Shown here: one piece after another, positions 49,435 to 58,591 of the stretch
Numbering within the stretch: position 1 is the stretch's first letter
How the letters are laid out: the number at the start of each line of letters is the position of its first letter
NCBI GenBank assembly: GCA_964513645.1
Contig: CAZENF010000002.1
Coordinates: 206,072 to 270,071 of the forward strand
Length of the DNA: 64,000 bases
Direction: 5' to 3'
Source of the DNA: an uncultured Candidatus Saccharibacteria bacterium
GTDB lineage: Bacteria; Patescibacteriota; Minisyncoccia; 2-02-FULL-40-12; GWA2-44-9
The notes under the pieces: model-generated
What the model was told of the DNA's origin: nothing
Seen by the model: only the letters and a program-made list of their open reading frames with translations
Database searches by the model: none
Made by a program: the position numbers and the translations under genes

Positions 49435-50844
49435 ATGGTAAACAACAAATCCCACACAATTAAGAGCGTTATCGAGGGATTGGAGAAAAAGGAATTTTCT
49501 GTCGAAGAGATATTCGGCCATTATGCTGTAAAAATAAACCTCGAGAACAAGAAACTCAATGCCTATTTAGCTATGTTGCCGCAGGACAGTTACAAGTTGC
49601 CCGGGCACGGGACTTTAAAAGGCGTTCCTTGCGCTATCAAAGACAATATCCTTATCGAGGGCTATCAGGCGACGGCCGGTTCAAAAATTTTGGCAAATTA
49701 TATATCCGCTTACGATGCGACAGTTATAACCCGGCTTAAAAAACAGGGAGCGATGTTTCTGGGCAAGACCAATCTCGACGAATTTGCGATGGGTTCTTCG
49801 ACTGAAAATTCCGCTTTTGGTCCGTCTAAAAATCCTCATGACCTTGAACGTGTTCCGGGCGGTTCATCCGGCGGCTCGGCCGCGGCCGTAGCGGCTGATC
49901 TATGCGTCTTTGCCCTGGGTTCCGATACCGGTGGTTCTATTCGTCAGCCCGCGAGCTTGTGCGGTGTCGTCGGTTTAAAGCCGACCTACGGACGCGTTTC
50001 CCGGCATGGAATCGTCGCCCTGGCCTCCTCGCTTGACCAGATCGGCCCTTTGACCAAAAATGTTTACGATTCAGCCATGGTTATGAATGTTATTTCAGGA
50101 AGGGATATTTTTGATTCTACGACTGCTGACATGTCTGCGGTTGATTTTACTAAAGATCTGGATAAGCCGATCAAAGGACTTAAAGTCGGAATTCCAAAGG
50201 AGTATTTCGGCAAAGGTATGTCAGTGGAGGTCAGAACAAAGGTTGAGGAGGCGATCAAAAAAATGGAGACTCTTGGCTGTAAGATAGAAGAAATAACCCT
50301 ACCTCATTCCGAATATGCTCTCGCGGTGTATTATATTGTCTTACCATGCGAAGCTTCTTCCAACTTGGCGCGTTTTGATGGAATACGCTACGGCCACTCG
50401 GCGCACCATGCCAAAACCCTCCTCGATGTTTACCGGAAGAGCAAAGCTGAAGGGTTCGGCCCCGAACCCAAAAGGCGGATAATGTTGGGAACCTATGCTC
50501 TTTCTTCGGGTTACTATGACGCCTATTACCTCAAGGCTCAAAAGGTCAGATCTTTGATAAAAAAAGATTTTGAGGAAGCTTTTAGGAAGGTTGACATTAT
50601 CGCCGGGCCAACCGCGCCGACCACAGCTTTTAAAATAGGGGAGAAGGCGGCCGACCCGCTTTCGATGTATCTTTCCGATATTTACACTGTTCCGGTCAAT
50701 TTGGCGGGTCTGCCCGGAATCTCTATACCTTGCGGCAACGGTTCTGAAAGCGGTCTGCCGGTCGGATTTCAGCTTATCGGACGTGCATTCGATGAAGAGA
50801 CGGTTTTGAGAGCCGCTCATCAATTAGAAAAATCACTTCAATAA
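49435..50844 (+). CDS. gatA: Asp/Glu-tRNA amidotransferase subunit A
   Basis: [53 protein letters not shown]. Confidence 0.97.
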   Translation: MVNNKSHTIKSVIEGLEKKEFSVEEIFGHYAVKINLENKKLNAYLAMLPQDSYKLPGHGTLKGVPCAIKDNILIEGYQATAGSKILANYISAYDATVITRLKKQGAMFLGKTNLDEFAMGSSTENSAFGPSKNPHDLERVPGGSSGGSAAAVAADLCVFALGSDTGGSIRQPASLCGVVGLKPTYGRVSRHGIVALASSLDQIGPLTKNVYDSAMVMNVISGRDIFDSTTADMSAVDFTKDLDKPIKGLKVGIPKEYFGKGMSVEVRTKVEEAIKKMETLGCKIEEITLPHSEYALAVYYIVLPCEASSNLARFDGIRYGHSAHHAKTLLDVYRKSKAEGFGPEPKRRIMLGTYALSSGYYDAYYLKAQKVRSLIKKDFEEAFRKVDIIAGPTAPTTAFKIGEKAADPLSMYLSDIYTVPVNLAGLPGISIPCGNGSESGLPVGFQLIGRAFDEETVLRAAHQLEKSLQ

Positions 50845-50848
50845 ATTT

Positions 50849-51349
50849 ATGCAAATTTTAAATATCGACTTTAGCTTGTGGTTCTTCCGAATAAAACTAT
50901 TTTCCGGCATATTGTCATTGATCTTCGGCGGGGTCGGAGTTTATTTCATAGTTCAATTCCAAAAATTAGTGGGAGTAAAAGCGCAGGCCTCGAAGCTTGC
51001 TCTGCGTCTGGACCAGGCACAGTACATGTCCGGGAGCGAATCAAAATGGGAAGAGATAAAAAGACATATCAATTCCGACCGCGAGTCAGACTGGAAACTG
51101 GCGGTTATCGACGCGGATAAATTTCTCGACGACCTGCTTAAAAAAGACGGCTATCCCGGAGAAACAATGGGAGATCGGCTAATGAGCATTGATAAGGCGC
51201 AATTTGTAAGTCTCGACGGGCTGTGGGAAGCCCATAAGATAAGGAATAAGCTTGCCCACGATGTTAATTATTTTTTGCGCTACGCCGAAGCCAAAAGAGC
51301 CATTCAGTGTTATGAAGCGGCTTTGAACGAGCTTGGTTCTACGGGTTAG
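50849..51349 (+). CDS. Conserved hypothetical protein (TM plus HEPN/DUF4145-like helical domain)
   Basis: WKLAVIDADK, GETMGDRL, WEAHKIRNKLAH. Confidence 0.7.
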   Translation: MQILNIDFSLWFFRIKLFSGILSLIFGGVGVYFIVQFQKLVGVKAQASKLALRLDQAQYMSGSESKWEEIKRHINSDRESDWKLAVIDADKFLDDLLKKDGYPGETMGDRLMSIDKAQFVSLDGLWEAHKIRNKLAHDVNYFLRYAEAKRAIQCYEAALNELGSTG

Positions 51350-51393
51350 ACTTGTGAATTTACATCCCTGAAGGCCCGTTCTATAATATATGT

Positions 51394-51864
51394 ATGAAAA
51401 AAGTTAATTTAGACAAGAAGCTTTGGACAATTGTCGGTATTTTTGCGGTGGCAACTTTTGTTGCCATGGTCGTAATAAGCAACACGTCCCAGGAGGTGCC
51501 TATGGGCCCTGGGCAGAAGGTGGTTTCACCCAAATTATCTACTCCGCCAACCTCGGTCACATCCGGTACGGCGAAACAGGTGGCGACTTATACTAATTTG
51601 GTACAGCAGTACCAGGGCCGCCATATCCAGTTTGACGCACATTGCCAGGCCATTCCGAATTACGTTACTTACAAGAACGGGACCAATGTCATGTTCGACA
51701 ACCGTTCCGGCGATGCCAGATATATTTCTGTCGGCGGCGCCAAATACTATCTACCCGGATATGGATATAGGGTCCTTACTTTATACACCAAAACCTTGCC
51801 CCAGACACTCTATCTCAATTGCGGGGCCGCAGTTAATGTCGGCAGAATTCTTCTCCAGCGTTAG
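51394..51864 (+). CDS. Membrane-anchored hypothetical protein (possible cupredoxin-like fold)
   Basis: N-terminal TM, beta-rich domain with two Cys. Confidence 0.65.
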   Translation: MKKVNLDKKLWTIVGIFAVATFVAMVVISNTSQEVPMGPGQKVVSPKLSTPPTSVTSGTAKQVATYTNLVQQYQGRHIQFDAHCQAIPNYVTYKNGTNVMFDNRSGDARYISVGGAKYYLPGYGYRVLTLYTKTLPQTLYLNCGAAVNVGRILLQR

Positions 51865-51880
51865 TATATAAATTAAAATA

Positions 51881-51916
51881 AAAAAACAATCCCGCTGTTT
51901 TGCGGGATTGTTTTTT
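51881..51916. terminator. Bidirectional terminator
   Basis: AAAAAACAATCCCGC/GCGGGATTGTTTTTT 15-bp stem between convergent genes. Confidence 0.8.
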
Positions 51917-52421
51917 ATTGAGTGACCGTTATTCTGCCGGTATCGCTTGGTACAAGGTGATTGTGGTACATCCAGTTTCCTGTTTTGGTAATTTTAAACG
52001 ACCAGGAGCTACCGGGCTTGGTTCCGTCGCAGGCGTCGAACGAGACGTTCTTGGGATCTGGACAATGTTGGACCATCGAGGTGCCGCTGTAGAGCATGTG
52101 GGTCGGATGTATGCCTGAAGCGGTCCACATTGCACGGCTGCTCGAATTAACGAAATTCACGATTGTTCCTATTTTTATATTTAATACGTTCGGAATGTAC
52201 CCGGAGTCGGTATATTTAACCAGCACTTCCTGGGCCGATTCAGGTGGTGTGACCCTGGGCGAGACCGTTTCAGAAGACGGATAAACCTGGACCGGCGGGA
52301 TGGAAGGCGAGGGGGTTAGACTGGCAACGGTTGTCGGAGTAGGGGCTTTGAATTTTAAAAAGAGATACGTTCCTCCAACCAGGAGAAGCAGAACCACCAT
52401 CACGATTAATATTTTGGTCAT
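51915..52421 (-). CDS. Cupredoxin/plastocyanin-like membrane-anchored protein
   Basis: YTDSGYIPNVLNIKIGTIVNFVN, HPTH, PGSSWSF, GNWMYHNHL...GRITV. Confidence 0.75.
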   Translation of the reverse strand: MTKILIVMVVLLLLVGGTYLFLKFKAPTPTTVASLTPSPSIPPVQVYPSSETVSPRVTPPESAQEVLVKYTDSGYIPNVLNIKIGTIVNFVNSSSRAMWTASGIHPTHMLYSGTSMVQHCPDPKNVSFDACDGTKPGSSWSFKITKTGNWMYHNHLVPSDTGRITVTQ

Positions 52422-52501
52422 AATAGGGATTATATCATAAGCTATCTAAAATTAATCTCGCCTTGTCTTAAGGGGTAATTCATATTATTATATATGGATA
52501 T

Positions 52502-52568
<67 letters not shown>

Positions 52569-52573
<5 letters not shown>

Positions 52574-52629
52574 CAGCAATGTGTCACCATTGGCACCAAA
52601 ACAGTCAGAAATGGCTGTTTTTGGTTTAT
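52569..52629 (+). repeat. Repeat A, copy 1 (61 bp; tRNA 3' end plus terminator)
   Basis: Identical to 54948-55008; includes hairpin CCAAAACAGTCA-gaaa-TGGCTGTTTTTGG. Confidence 0.95.
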
Positions 52630-52647
52630 AAAATAAAAGAGAGCATT

Positions 52648-53142
52648 TTAAGCTCTCGCATCCACTAATTGAGTTTTCAGAAGAGATCCCTCCCTCACGG
52701 TTGTAAAAATCGGCCTAATGGGACCGGATGGCCAGTTGAACTGAATCGGCTTTTCGAATCTTTTAAGATCAGTAAAGAAATATCCGAATGGCAGCGGATA
52801 AACACCAGCTCGATACCCCTCTCTTTCAACCAATCTTCGTGCCTGACTACGAGTCAGATTATTGAAGTTCAGATACATCTGATACTCTTCACGTTGTTTA
52901 AGTTCTCGAACAGATACGAGTCGCCCAACCCCGATAATAATCCCGTGATTTTGTCTCCCGCTCTCGTATTCGTAATTGTTCACGCAATGCCAAGCAGTTC
53001 TTCCTGAATTATATAGAAGCACATCGCCTCGATAATCCCAATCATAGCTTCTGGTCTTTACGCCATATTCACCTAACTGTAGTCGTCCGTCCAAAAGCAT
53101 ATCGTTATATGGATACCAATTAGGAAATACCGGAAGTTTCAT
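52648..53142 (-). CDS. ASCH/PUA-like domain protein
   Basis: VKTRSYDWDYRGDVLLYNS, GIIIGVGRLVSVR, KRFEKPI; AGGAG SD. Confidence 0.7.
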   Translation of the reverse strand: MKLPVFPNWYPYNDMLLDGRLQLGEYGVKTRSYDWDYRGDVLLYNSGRTAWHCVNNYEYESGRQNHGIIIGVGRLVSVRELKQREEYQMYLNFNNLTRSQARRLVEREGYRAGVYPLPFGYFFTDLKRFEKPIQFNWPSGPIRPIFTTVREGSLLKTQLVDARA

Positions 53143-53220
53143 TAGATTCTCCTATTGTTTCAGAACTGATCCACATATTACTCTTAATCTATACTATTTC
53201 AAGCAGAAGAAAAACTATAT

Positions 53221-53274
53221 ATCTCCCCGATATTCACTATCAATTGTTGCCAATGACGGCACACTTCTGCAACA
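53221..53274 (+). repeat. Repeat B, copy 1 (54 bp)
   Basis: 48/54 identical to 55631-55684; its core is an imperfect reverse complement of repeat A. Confidence 0.9.
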
Positions 53275-53326
53275 CTATAGGAGAGACAGACGCCGAAACG
53301 TCTGTTTTTTCTTGGCCTGTGAGGTT

Positions 53327-54859
53327 CTAACCGAGGAGTTTTATTCCGACGAGAAATGATATTAAAAGCAGGGCTATAATAATCCCTGTTTCCTGGCTTG
53401 TCATTTTGTTCGGTAGCGGTGCCGACAGGCCAGAGGGTTCTTCTGTTTGGGAAGTTGAAGGTGGCGGGGAAAGTATCTCGAATTCGGACAGAGAATAGAA
53501 AGTAGCATTATCGTTTTCGTGGACTACTTTAAGAACGTAAGGCCCGGAGGGTGCGGATAAAGGTACGGTAAACTCGGTGTCGAAAGAATCGCCGCCATTC
53601 TCAACTTCCATATTGCCAAGCTCAAATGAACTTACCGTGCCTTCTATCGATATAAAATATTTCCCTGATTCCTGGAGCCCGTCGGCATTTACGGTAAATT
53701 TGTCCCCAGCCAAAATTTTATCCGGCTTGACCGTTATGGCCGGTATCATATGAGCGTATGCGTTCTGAACTAAAAAAGAATTATCTTTTATTGGCCAGAA
53801 TAACCCTTCCTTCATAGTTTCTGTTTTATGCAAATATGCTTCGGCTCCAAAAAGCAATAATGTTGCCAGTATCAGTCCGCCAAGTACCATTATTGGTTTT
53901 CTTTTGGCAGGATGAAGATACGGATTTGTATCGATAAAAGGTATCAGCGCCAAGAGCATAAAAAGTATAGCCGGGCCGAAAATAACCGCCTTAAACCCGA
54001 AAAAATCTTCCATTCCGTAAAAAGGCAGAAATGGCCAGGGTGGTTTGGTAAGTTCGGCGCCGACTACGCCCGGAGTTCCAAGGGGGTCAGGAAAGACGAG
54101 GGCCATCAACCCGAGAACAGAGAACAGAATGAGATTGCATCCTAAAAGTTTTTTAAGATGTCCTGCAAAATTTGACTCTCCTTCACCGGCCGTTGAACGG
54201 CTGATCGCTTCAGGCGTCGGAGCCGGTGAGATCCCGTGAAGCTTTATTAAATAAAGATGAATGAACAGAAAGGATAAGAACAAAAAAACAAGAAAAGTTA
54301 TATGAGCGAAGAAGACCCGGGCTAAGATAGGGATACTGATCGCAAAACCGGAAGTGAACCATAGGCCCATGCCGCCTAAAAGTTCGCCGACCCCGATATT
54401 ATGAGTCAGCGCTTCAATCGCTTCCTGGTCCTGTTTAAGAACCGTCCCGGTGAAATAAAACGCCAGGGCCAGTACTAAAAGCATCAGGCCGGTCAGCCAG
54501 ATGAATTCCCGCGGTTTTTTATAACTTCCGGAAATAAAAACACGGACCAGGTGAAGCAGAATTATCACTATAAAAAAATTCGCGGCCCAGTAATGCAAGC
54601 TTCTTAAAAATCCTCCGAAAGGAATCATTGTCGCCAGATAAATTATGCTTTTGTAGGCGTTATCGGGGGACGGGTTATAAAATTGGGCCAAAATAATACC
54701 GGTTAAGACAAGGATTACAAAACATCCCAGAGCCACACCCCCCAACATATAAGGCGGGGTATTGGCGTGACGAGGCACACCATAATAAAGCCGCGAGATA
54801 CCAAGCCGTTCATCAAGAGCGGACCACAGGCGGCTTGAACGGAATCCATCTTTTTTCAT
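53327..54859 (-). CDS. Cytochrome b/b6-family protein fused to an extracytoplasmic beta-domain and C-terminal TM
   Basis: LTGIILAQFYNPS, RSLHYWAA..LLHLVR, YKKPRE..WLTG, FFAH...IHL, KPPWPFLP (PEWY position). Confidence 0.88.
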   Translation of the reverse strand: MKKDGFRSSRLWSALDERLGISRLYYGVPRHANTPPYMLGGVALGCFVILVLTGIILAQFYNPSPDNAYKSIIYLATMIPFGGFLRSLHYWAANFFIVIILLHLVRVFISGSYKKPREFIWLTGLMLLVLALAFYFTGTVLKQDQEAIEALTHNIGVGELLGGMGLWFTSGFAISIPILARVFFAHITFLVFLFLSFLFIHLYLIKLHGISPAPTPEAISRSTAGEGESNFAGHLKKLLGCNLILFSVLGLMALVFPDPLGTPGVVGAELTKPPWPFLPFYGMEDFFGFKAVIFGPAILFMLLALIPFIDTNPYLHPAKRKPIMVLGGLILATLLLFGAEAYLHKTETMKEGLFWPIKDNSFLVQNAYAHMIPAITVKPDKILAGDKFTVNADGLQESGKYFISIEGTVSSFELGNMEVENGGDSFDTEFTVPLSAPSGPYVLKVVHENDNATFYSLSEFEILSPPPSTSQTEEPSGLSAPLPNKMTSQETGIIIALLLISFLVGIKLLG

Positions 54860-54947
54860 GAGTTAATTATACTACCAACTTCTGACAAACACGAACGGCT
54901 GATAGCCGGTTGATCCCATAATTGCGGCTCGGACATCGTTCATCGCT

Positions 54948-55008
54948 CGCAACAGCAATGTGTCACCATTGGCACCAAAACAGTCAGAAATGGCTGTTTT
55001 TGGTTTAT
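54948..55008 (+). repeat. Repeat A, copy 2 (61 bp)
   Basis: Identical to 52569-52629. Confidence 0.95.
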
Positions 55009-55066
55009 TTTACAAATAAAGTAATTTTTGTTATTTTTCATCAGCTAATAAGAGGGGTCTTTAACA

Positions 55067-55600
55067 ATGGCGAAATCGAAAATGATAAGAATCACCTTTG
55101 AGGAGCAACTGGGCAGATTGAGATTTAATTATTGCGGTCCGGAGGGCACAGTGTCGGATTGGGTTCCGACCAAGCTGGCAGAAGAAGGCTCGAATAACGA
55201 AATTCGGAAATATGTTATCAATAAAGCACGAAAAATTATCAGGGAACAAGAACAGAAAGGGCAGCAACTAATCCGTACCCAAGAAATTATCAAGAAAACT
55301 AACATCTCGATTTCAGTAACATATAACGGTATGAAGCTAAAAGGTAGGATTACTCACAATGACGGTGGACGAGGCGGTATAGTCGTTACCCTAGAAAAGC
55401 CAAAAGCTCTTTCAGCCCAGGATACATTACAAATGTGTTTCGCTCTTGCTATGGGTGGAAAGCAGATTTTTTTACCGAATGGGAAAGTAGCTCCTTGGGC
55501 AGTAGAACGGGCAAAAGAATTGCTTGCCCAGATATATCACAAACAAATAGTTCAAAACCGAGCAAAGATATTGAATACTAATACAGATATCGCCGACTAA
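55067..55600 (+). CDS. Hypothetical basic protein (cassette cargo)
   Basis: GAGGGG SD; 177 aa; terminator GCCGA..TCGGC-TTTTT at the stop. Confidence 0.7.
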   Translation: MAKSKMIRITFEEQLGRLRFNYCGPEGTVSDWVPTKLAEEGSNNEIRKYVINKARKIIREQEQKGQQLIRTQEIIKKTNISISVTYNGMKLKGRITHNDGGRGGIVVTLEKPKALSAQDTLQMCFALAMGGKQIFLPNGKVAPWAVERAKELLAQIYHKQIVQNRAKILNTNTDIAD

Positions 55601-55630
55601 TCATCGGCTTTTTAATTTACAGAGGCATAA

Positions 55631-55684
55631 ATCTCCCCGATATTTTGAATCAATTGTTGCCAATGACGACATACTTCTGCAACA
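55631..55684 (+). repeat. Repeat B, copy 2 (54 bp)
   Basis: 48/54 identical to 53221-53274. Confidence 0.9.
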
Positions 55685-55833
55685 AACAGGAAACAATCCA
55701 GCAACTTCCACAAACTCCTAGATAAAGCCGCATATTCGCCTATTAGAATACCCCCGTATCATCTCCTTTATTACTATTGACAAAACAAAAAATTAGTTAT
55801 ATTGTTTTCTTGCTCATTAAAAGAAGTAGGTAG

Positions 55834-56253
55834 ATGATGCTCTTCAAGTTGATACGAGAATTTCTGGATAGAATAGCTGATAATCATTTAAAAGCCGAAA
55901 ATCGCGAGAGAAAGTTTGTCGTAAAGTTTATTGGAACGAGGGTTGTTGAAGTAGCTTTGCGGATGTACGAAGACGACGGACATAATGAATATCTTTTTTG
56001 GTATCAGCCCGATTCTGTTTGCAATGAGTTTTTTAGAAAAGCGCAGAACCAGTTAGCAGCCGACCTAAAGTGTTGGAGCAAATTCTATAAGTGGACCAGA
56101 CGGCTTCAAAAATCTCTCTACCCGATCGCTTGGTTGCTTAATTATCTGAACAACAATCTCAAGCTCCCATTTATTTGCCACCACTATTTATATTTTTGGT
56201 CCCAGAATTTGGACTATAATACTGGCAACTGGAATATAATCTCGGAACTCTAA
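55834..56253 (+). CDS. Hypothetical protein
   Basis: TTGACA...TATATT promoter-like sequence and AGGT SD upstream; aromatic-rich 139 aa. Confidence 0.55.
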   Translation: MMLFKLIREFLDRIADNHLKAENRERKFVVKFIGTRVVEVALRMYEDDGHNEYLFWYQPDSVCNEFFRKAQNQLAADLKCWSKFYKWTRRLQKSLYPIAWLLNYLNNNLKLPFICHHYLYFWSQNLDYNTGNWNIISEL

Positions 56254-56351
56254 AGCGGCGATGGCCTCTTTTTGATTTTATCTACCCACTTCATTTTACA
56301 ACCCTAACCTTAAATGCTATTTTCTCCTCAGTTCCTTATCCGGAGACCAAG

Positions 56352-56501
56352 ATGCTTCAACGCTTAGCATTTTCCGTGATTATGAGTATTCTCGTCTCTT
56401 TTCTCCTGTATTCTCTGATGACCACAAAACCGTCGAAATGCTTCAGCTGGCCTGATACTACCGGACCTGATTCAATGGCAATGAAATGGATTTGCCGCTG
56501 A
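56352..56501 (+). CDS. 49-aa membrane/secreted peptide with two Cys (below the ORF-track cutoff)
   Basis: GGAG SD 6 nt before ATG; MLQRLAFSVIMSILVSFLLYSLMTTKPSKCFSWPDTTGPDSMAMKWICR. Confidence 0.55.
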   Translation: MLQRLAFSVIMSILVSFLLYSLMTTKPSKCFSWPDTTGPDSMAMKWICR

Positions 56502-56520
56502 ACGGATTTATTCCTTGATC

Positions 56521-56541
56521 AATACACCTATTAGGTGTATT
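56521..56541. promoter_or_regulatory. Palindromic operator-like site
   Basis: AATACACCTA-t-TAGGTGTATT directly after a TTGATC hexamer. Confidence 0.45.
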
Positions 56542-56577
56542 TTGTTTATTAGTTCTTGGTTTAATACGGGGAACCGC

Positions 56578-56814
56578 ATGATCGAGAATATGAAGTTTTG
56601 GGAAAAATTAGATAAAATGCTGGGTGGGGATAAAGACCCTTTTGACGTGCCTGTTGGACCGACCAAAATGTGTATAACTGCCAGACAGTTGGTTGCTTTT
56701 GTAGATGATGGAGAAAAAGACGAAGGTGCTCTCAATGAATTTATCCAAAAACACCTGGGTGATTGCAGGGAATGCTTGGACCGACTGAATAGATACAAAG
56801 AAGTAAGAAAATAA
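56578..56814 (+). CDS. Small protein with a zf-HC2/ZAS anti-sigma-like motif
   Basis: C...LVAFVD...HLGDCRECL (HxxxCxxC); GGGGA SD before ATG 56578. Confidence 0.65.
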   Translation: MIENMKFWEKLDKMLGGDKDPFDVPVGPTKMCITARQLVAFVDDGEKDEGALNEFIQKHLGDCRECLDRLNRYKEVRK

Positions 56815-56899
56815 TTTGTGCCGACCAATCGTCGGCTTTTTATTGACAATAAATTACAAGAAACTATCCTGTCAGCAGGACATTAAAAGGATAACTCAA

Positions 56900-58024
56900 T
56901 TGCCACAAAGAAATATAGGTATAATCGGAGCTGGCATAATAGGTACGGCTATTGCAAGATATCTAGCCCTTAGTCTTAAAGATGGCTCAAAGATAACAGT
57001 CATTGAAAAAGAACCGGGCGTCTGTATGGGGACAAGCCGGTTTAACAGCGGCGTAAATCATTCGGGATTTCACCAAAATCCAGGTTCCTTGAAAGCCGAG
57101 CTCGCTTTCCGTGGAAATCGACTGATGCAAGAATACGTTGAACAGAATCTTCCGAAAAAAAGTTATTCAAATTGTGGAATGCTAATTGCCATCTCACGGA
57201 GTGAATTGGCCAATAATCTTATTCATGATTTGCCTGATCTTGTTCATATGATAAGAAGAGGTCGGAAGCAGGGGATAAGTTTTAAATTTGTCGGACCTTT
57301 GGCAATTAAGAAAATTGAACCGAATATAAGTGCTTTGGGCGGGATATTTATACCTCAGGTATCTGTCATCGATTCTGTTGCGGTGTGTAGGTCGTTTTAC
57401 CGGGACGCCATTTCACATGGAGTTAAGTTTTACTTCAATCACTCCGTCAGCGATATTCGGCTAACCAAAAATGCCTATATCGTCAGAGCCGGGGAGGATG
57501 AATTCAGTTTTGACTGCCTGATAAATTCAGCCGGTCTTTATGCCGATGAGATATCTTCAATGGCCGGAGTCGCCGGTTACAAGATATATCCCTGGAGAGG
57601 TGAGTATTTTCAGATAGTCGGTCTTCCGGATGATTATATCCGGACTCTCGTTTATCCGGCCGTTTCTAAGAATTCTCCTGGAAAAGGAATTCATTTAAGA
57701 CCACTGATGGACGGTAAAGTTTTGGCCGGGCCGAGCGCGTTGTTAGCCAGTTCAAAAAAAGATTACAACAACCGTCTGCCAAAGGAAGTTTTTCTAAAGG
57801 CAGTGAACAAATTTTTCCCGGATATACAGGAGGATAATTTGATACAGTCCTACGCCGGTATTAGGCCTAAGCTCCGGGTGGGAGGAGAGGAAGACGATTT
57901 CGTGATAAATGTCGACAGAGAAGAACCTCTTCTAATAAACCTTATAGGAATAGAATCGCCAGGTTTGAGTGCATCAATGGCCATTGCCGAATATGTGTTT
58001 GGTCTTATGGAAAAAGTGTGGTAA
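56900..58024 (+). CDS. FAD-dependent oxidoreductase, L-2-hydroxyglutarate oxidase (LhgO)-like
   Basis: IIGAGIIG, TSRFNSGVNHSG, INSAGLYAD, RGEYF, YAGIRPK, GIESPGLSASMAIAE; TTG start with AAGGA SD. Confidence 0.88.
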   Translation: MPQRNIGIIGAGIIGTAIARYLALSLKDGSKITVIEKEPGVCMGTSRFNSGVNHSGFHQNPGSLKAELAFRGNRLMQEYVEQNLPKKSYSNCGMLIAISRSELANNLIHDLPDLVHMIRRGRKQGISFKFVGPLAIKKIEPNISALGGIFIPQVSVIDSVAVCRSFYRDAISHGVKFYFNHSVSDIRLTKNAYIVRAGEDEFSFDCLINSAGLYADEISSMAGVAGYKIYPWRGEYFQIVGLPDDYIRTLVYPAVSKNSPGKGIHLRPLMDGKVLAGPSALLASSKKDYNNRLPKEVFLKAVNKFFPDIQEDNLIQSYAGIRPKLRVGGEEDDFVINVDREEPLLINLIGIESPGLSASMAIAEYVFGLMEKVW

Positions 58025-58119
58025 CTCTTGCCCGATATTACCCATTGATCCACACCCTTTACTAAAGGCAAAATTAGTGTTATTATCTTGCCAAGTTTAC
58101 TAAAAATCGGAGAAGATTC

Positions 58120-58428
58120 GTGAGCTGTACAGCTAAGAAAAGATCTGTTAAGTTCTGTCCATTTTGCGGTTCTGACCTGATCTCTCACGTTAGTAATGGC
58201 GTTTTTTTCTGCGGTCAGATGAATCCTACCGAAGAAAGCGTTAAGGTCCAATATGCGACCGGAAAGAAATTATGTGGACGTATTTTCAGGGTGGTTTATA
58301 GTCGCAGAGTTAATGCGAATGAATTGAGAAGAAGATTTAATGATATTCAGCAGATACTTGTCCGAAAAGGGGAAATTCCTAATCCTCCCAGAAGAGGCAC
58401 TTTCCTAAATAATACAGCGGTCCGATGA
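58120..58428 (+). CDS. Small zinc-ribbon-like basic protein
   Basis: FCPFCG...FFCG...LCG; GGAG SD; hairpin terminator at 58418-58442. Confidence 0.55.
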   Translation: MSCTAKKRSVKFCPFCGSDLISHVSNGVFFCGQMNPTEESVKVQYATGKKLCGRIFRVVYSRRVNANELRRRFNDIQQILVRKGEIPNPPRRGTFLNNTAVR

Positions 58429-58517
58429 TCCGGACCGTTTTTATTTATATATTATCTTGAATAAACTTTGTATTATGATAAAATAATAAGTAATATTTAG
58501 TGCTTTTGCATCTCCTT

Positions 58518-58589
58518 GCCGGTGTAGTTCAATGGTTAGAACGAGGGACTCATAAGCCCTAGATAGTAGTTCGATTCTACTCACCGGCA
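58518..58589 (+). tRNA. tRNA with CAT anticodon (elongator Met favoured over Ile2)
   Basis: GCCGGTG/CACCGGC acceptor, AGGGA-CTCATAA-GCCCT (A31:G39 mismatch), AGTAG-TTCGATT-CTACT; G4/G5 rather than the C4/C5 TilS determinants. Confidence 0.88.
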
Positions 58590-58591
58590 CT

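Noticed and set aside
49435-50844. gatB missing after gatC-gatA
   Set aside because: Split gat operons are common, and gatB may lie outside the window.
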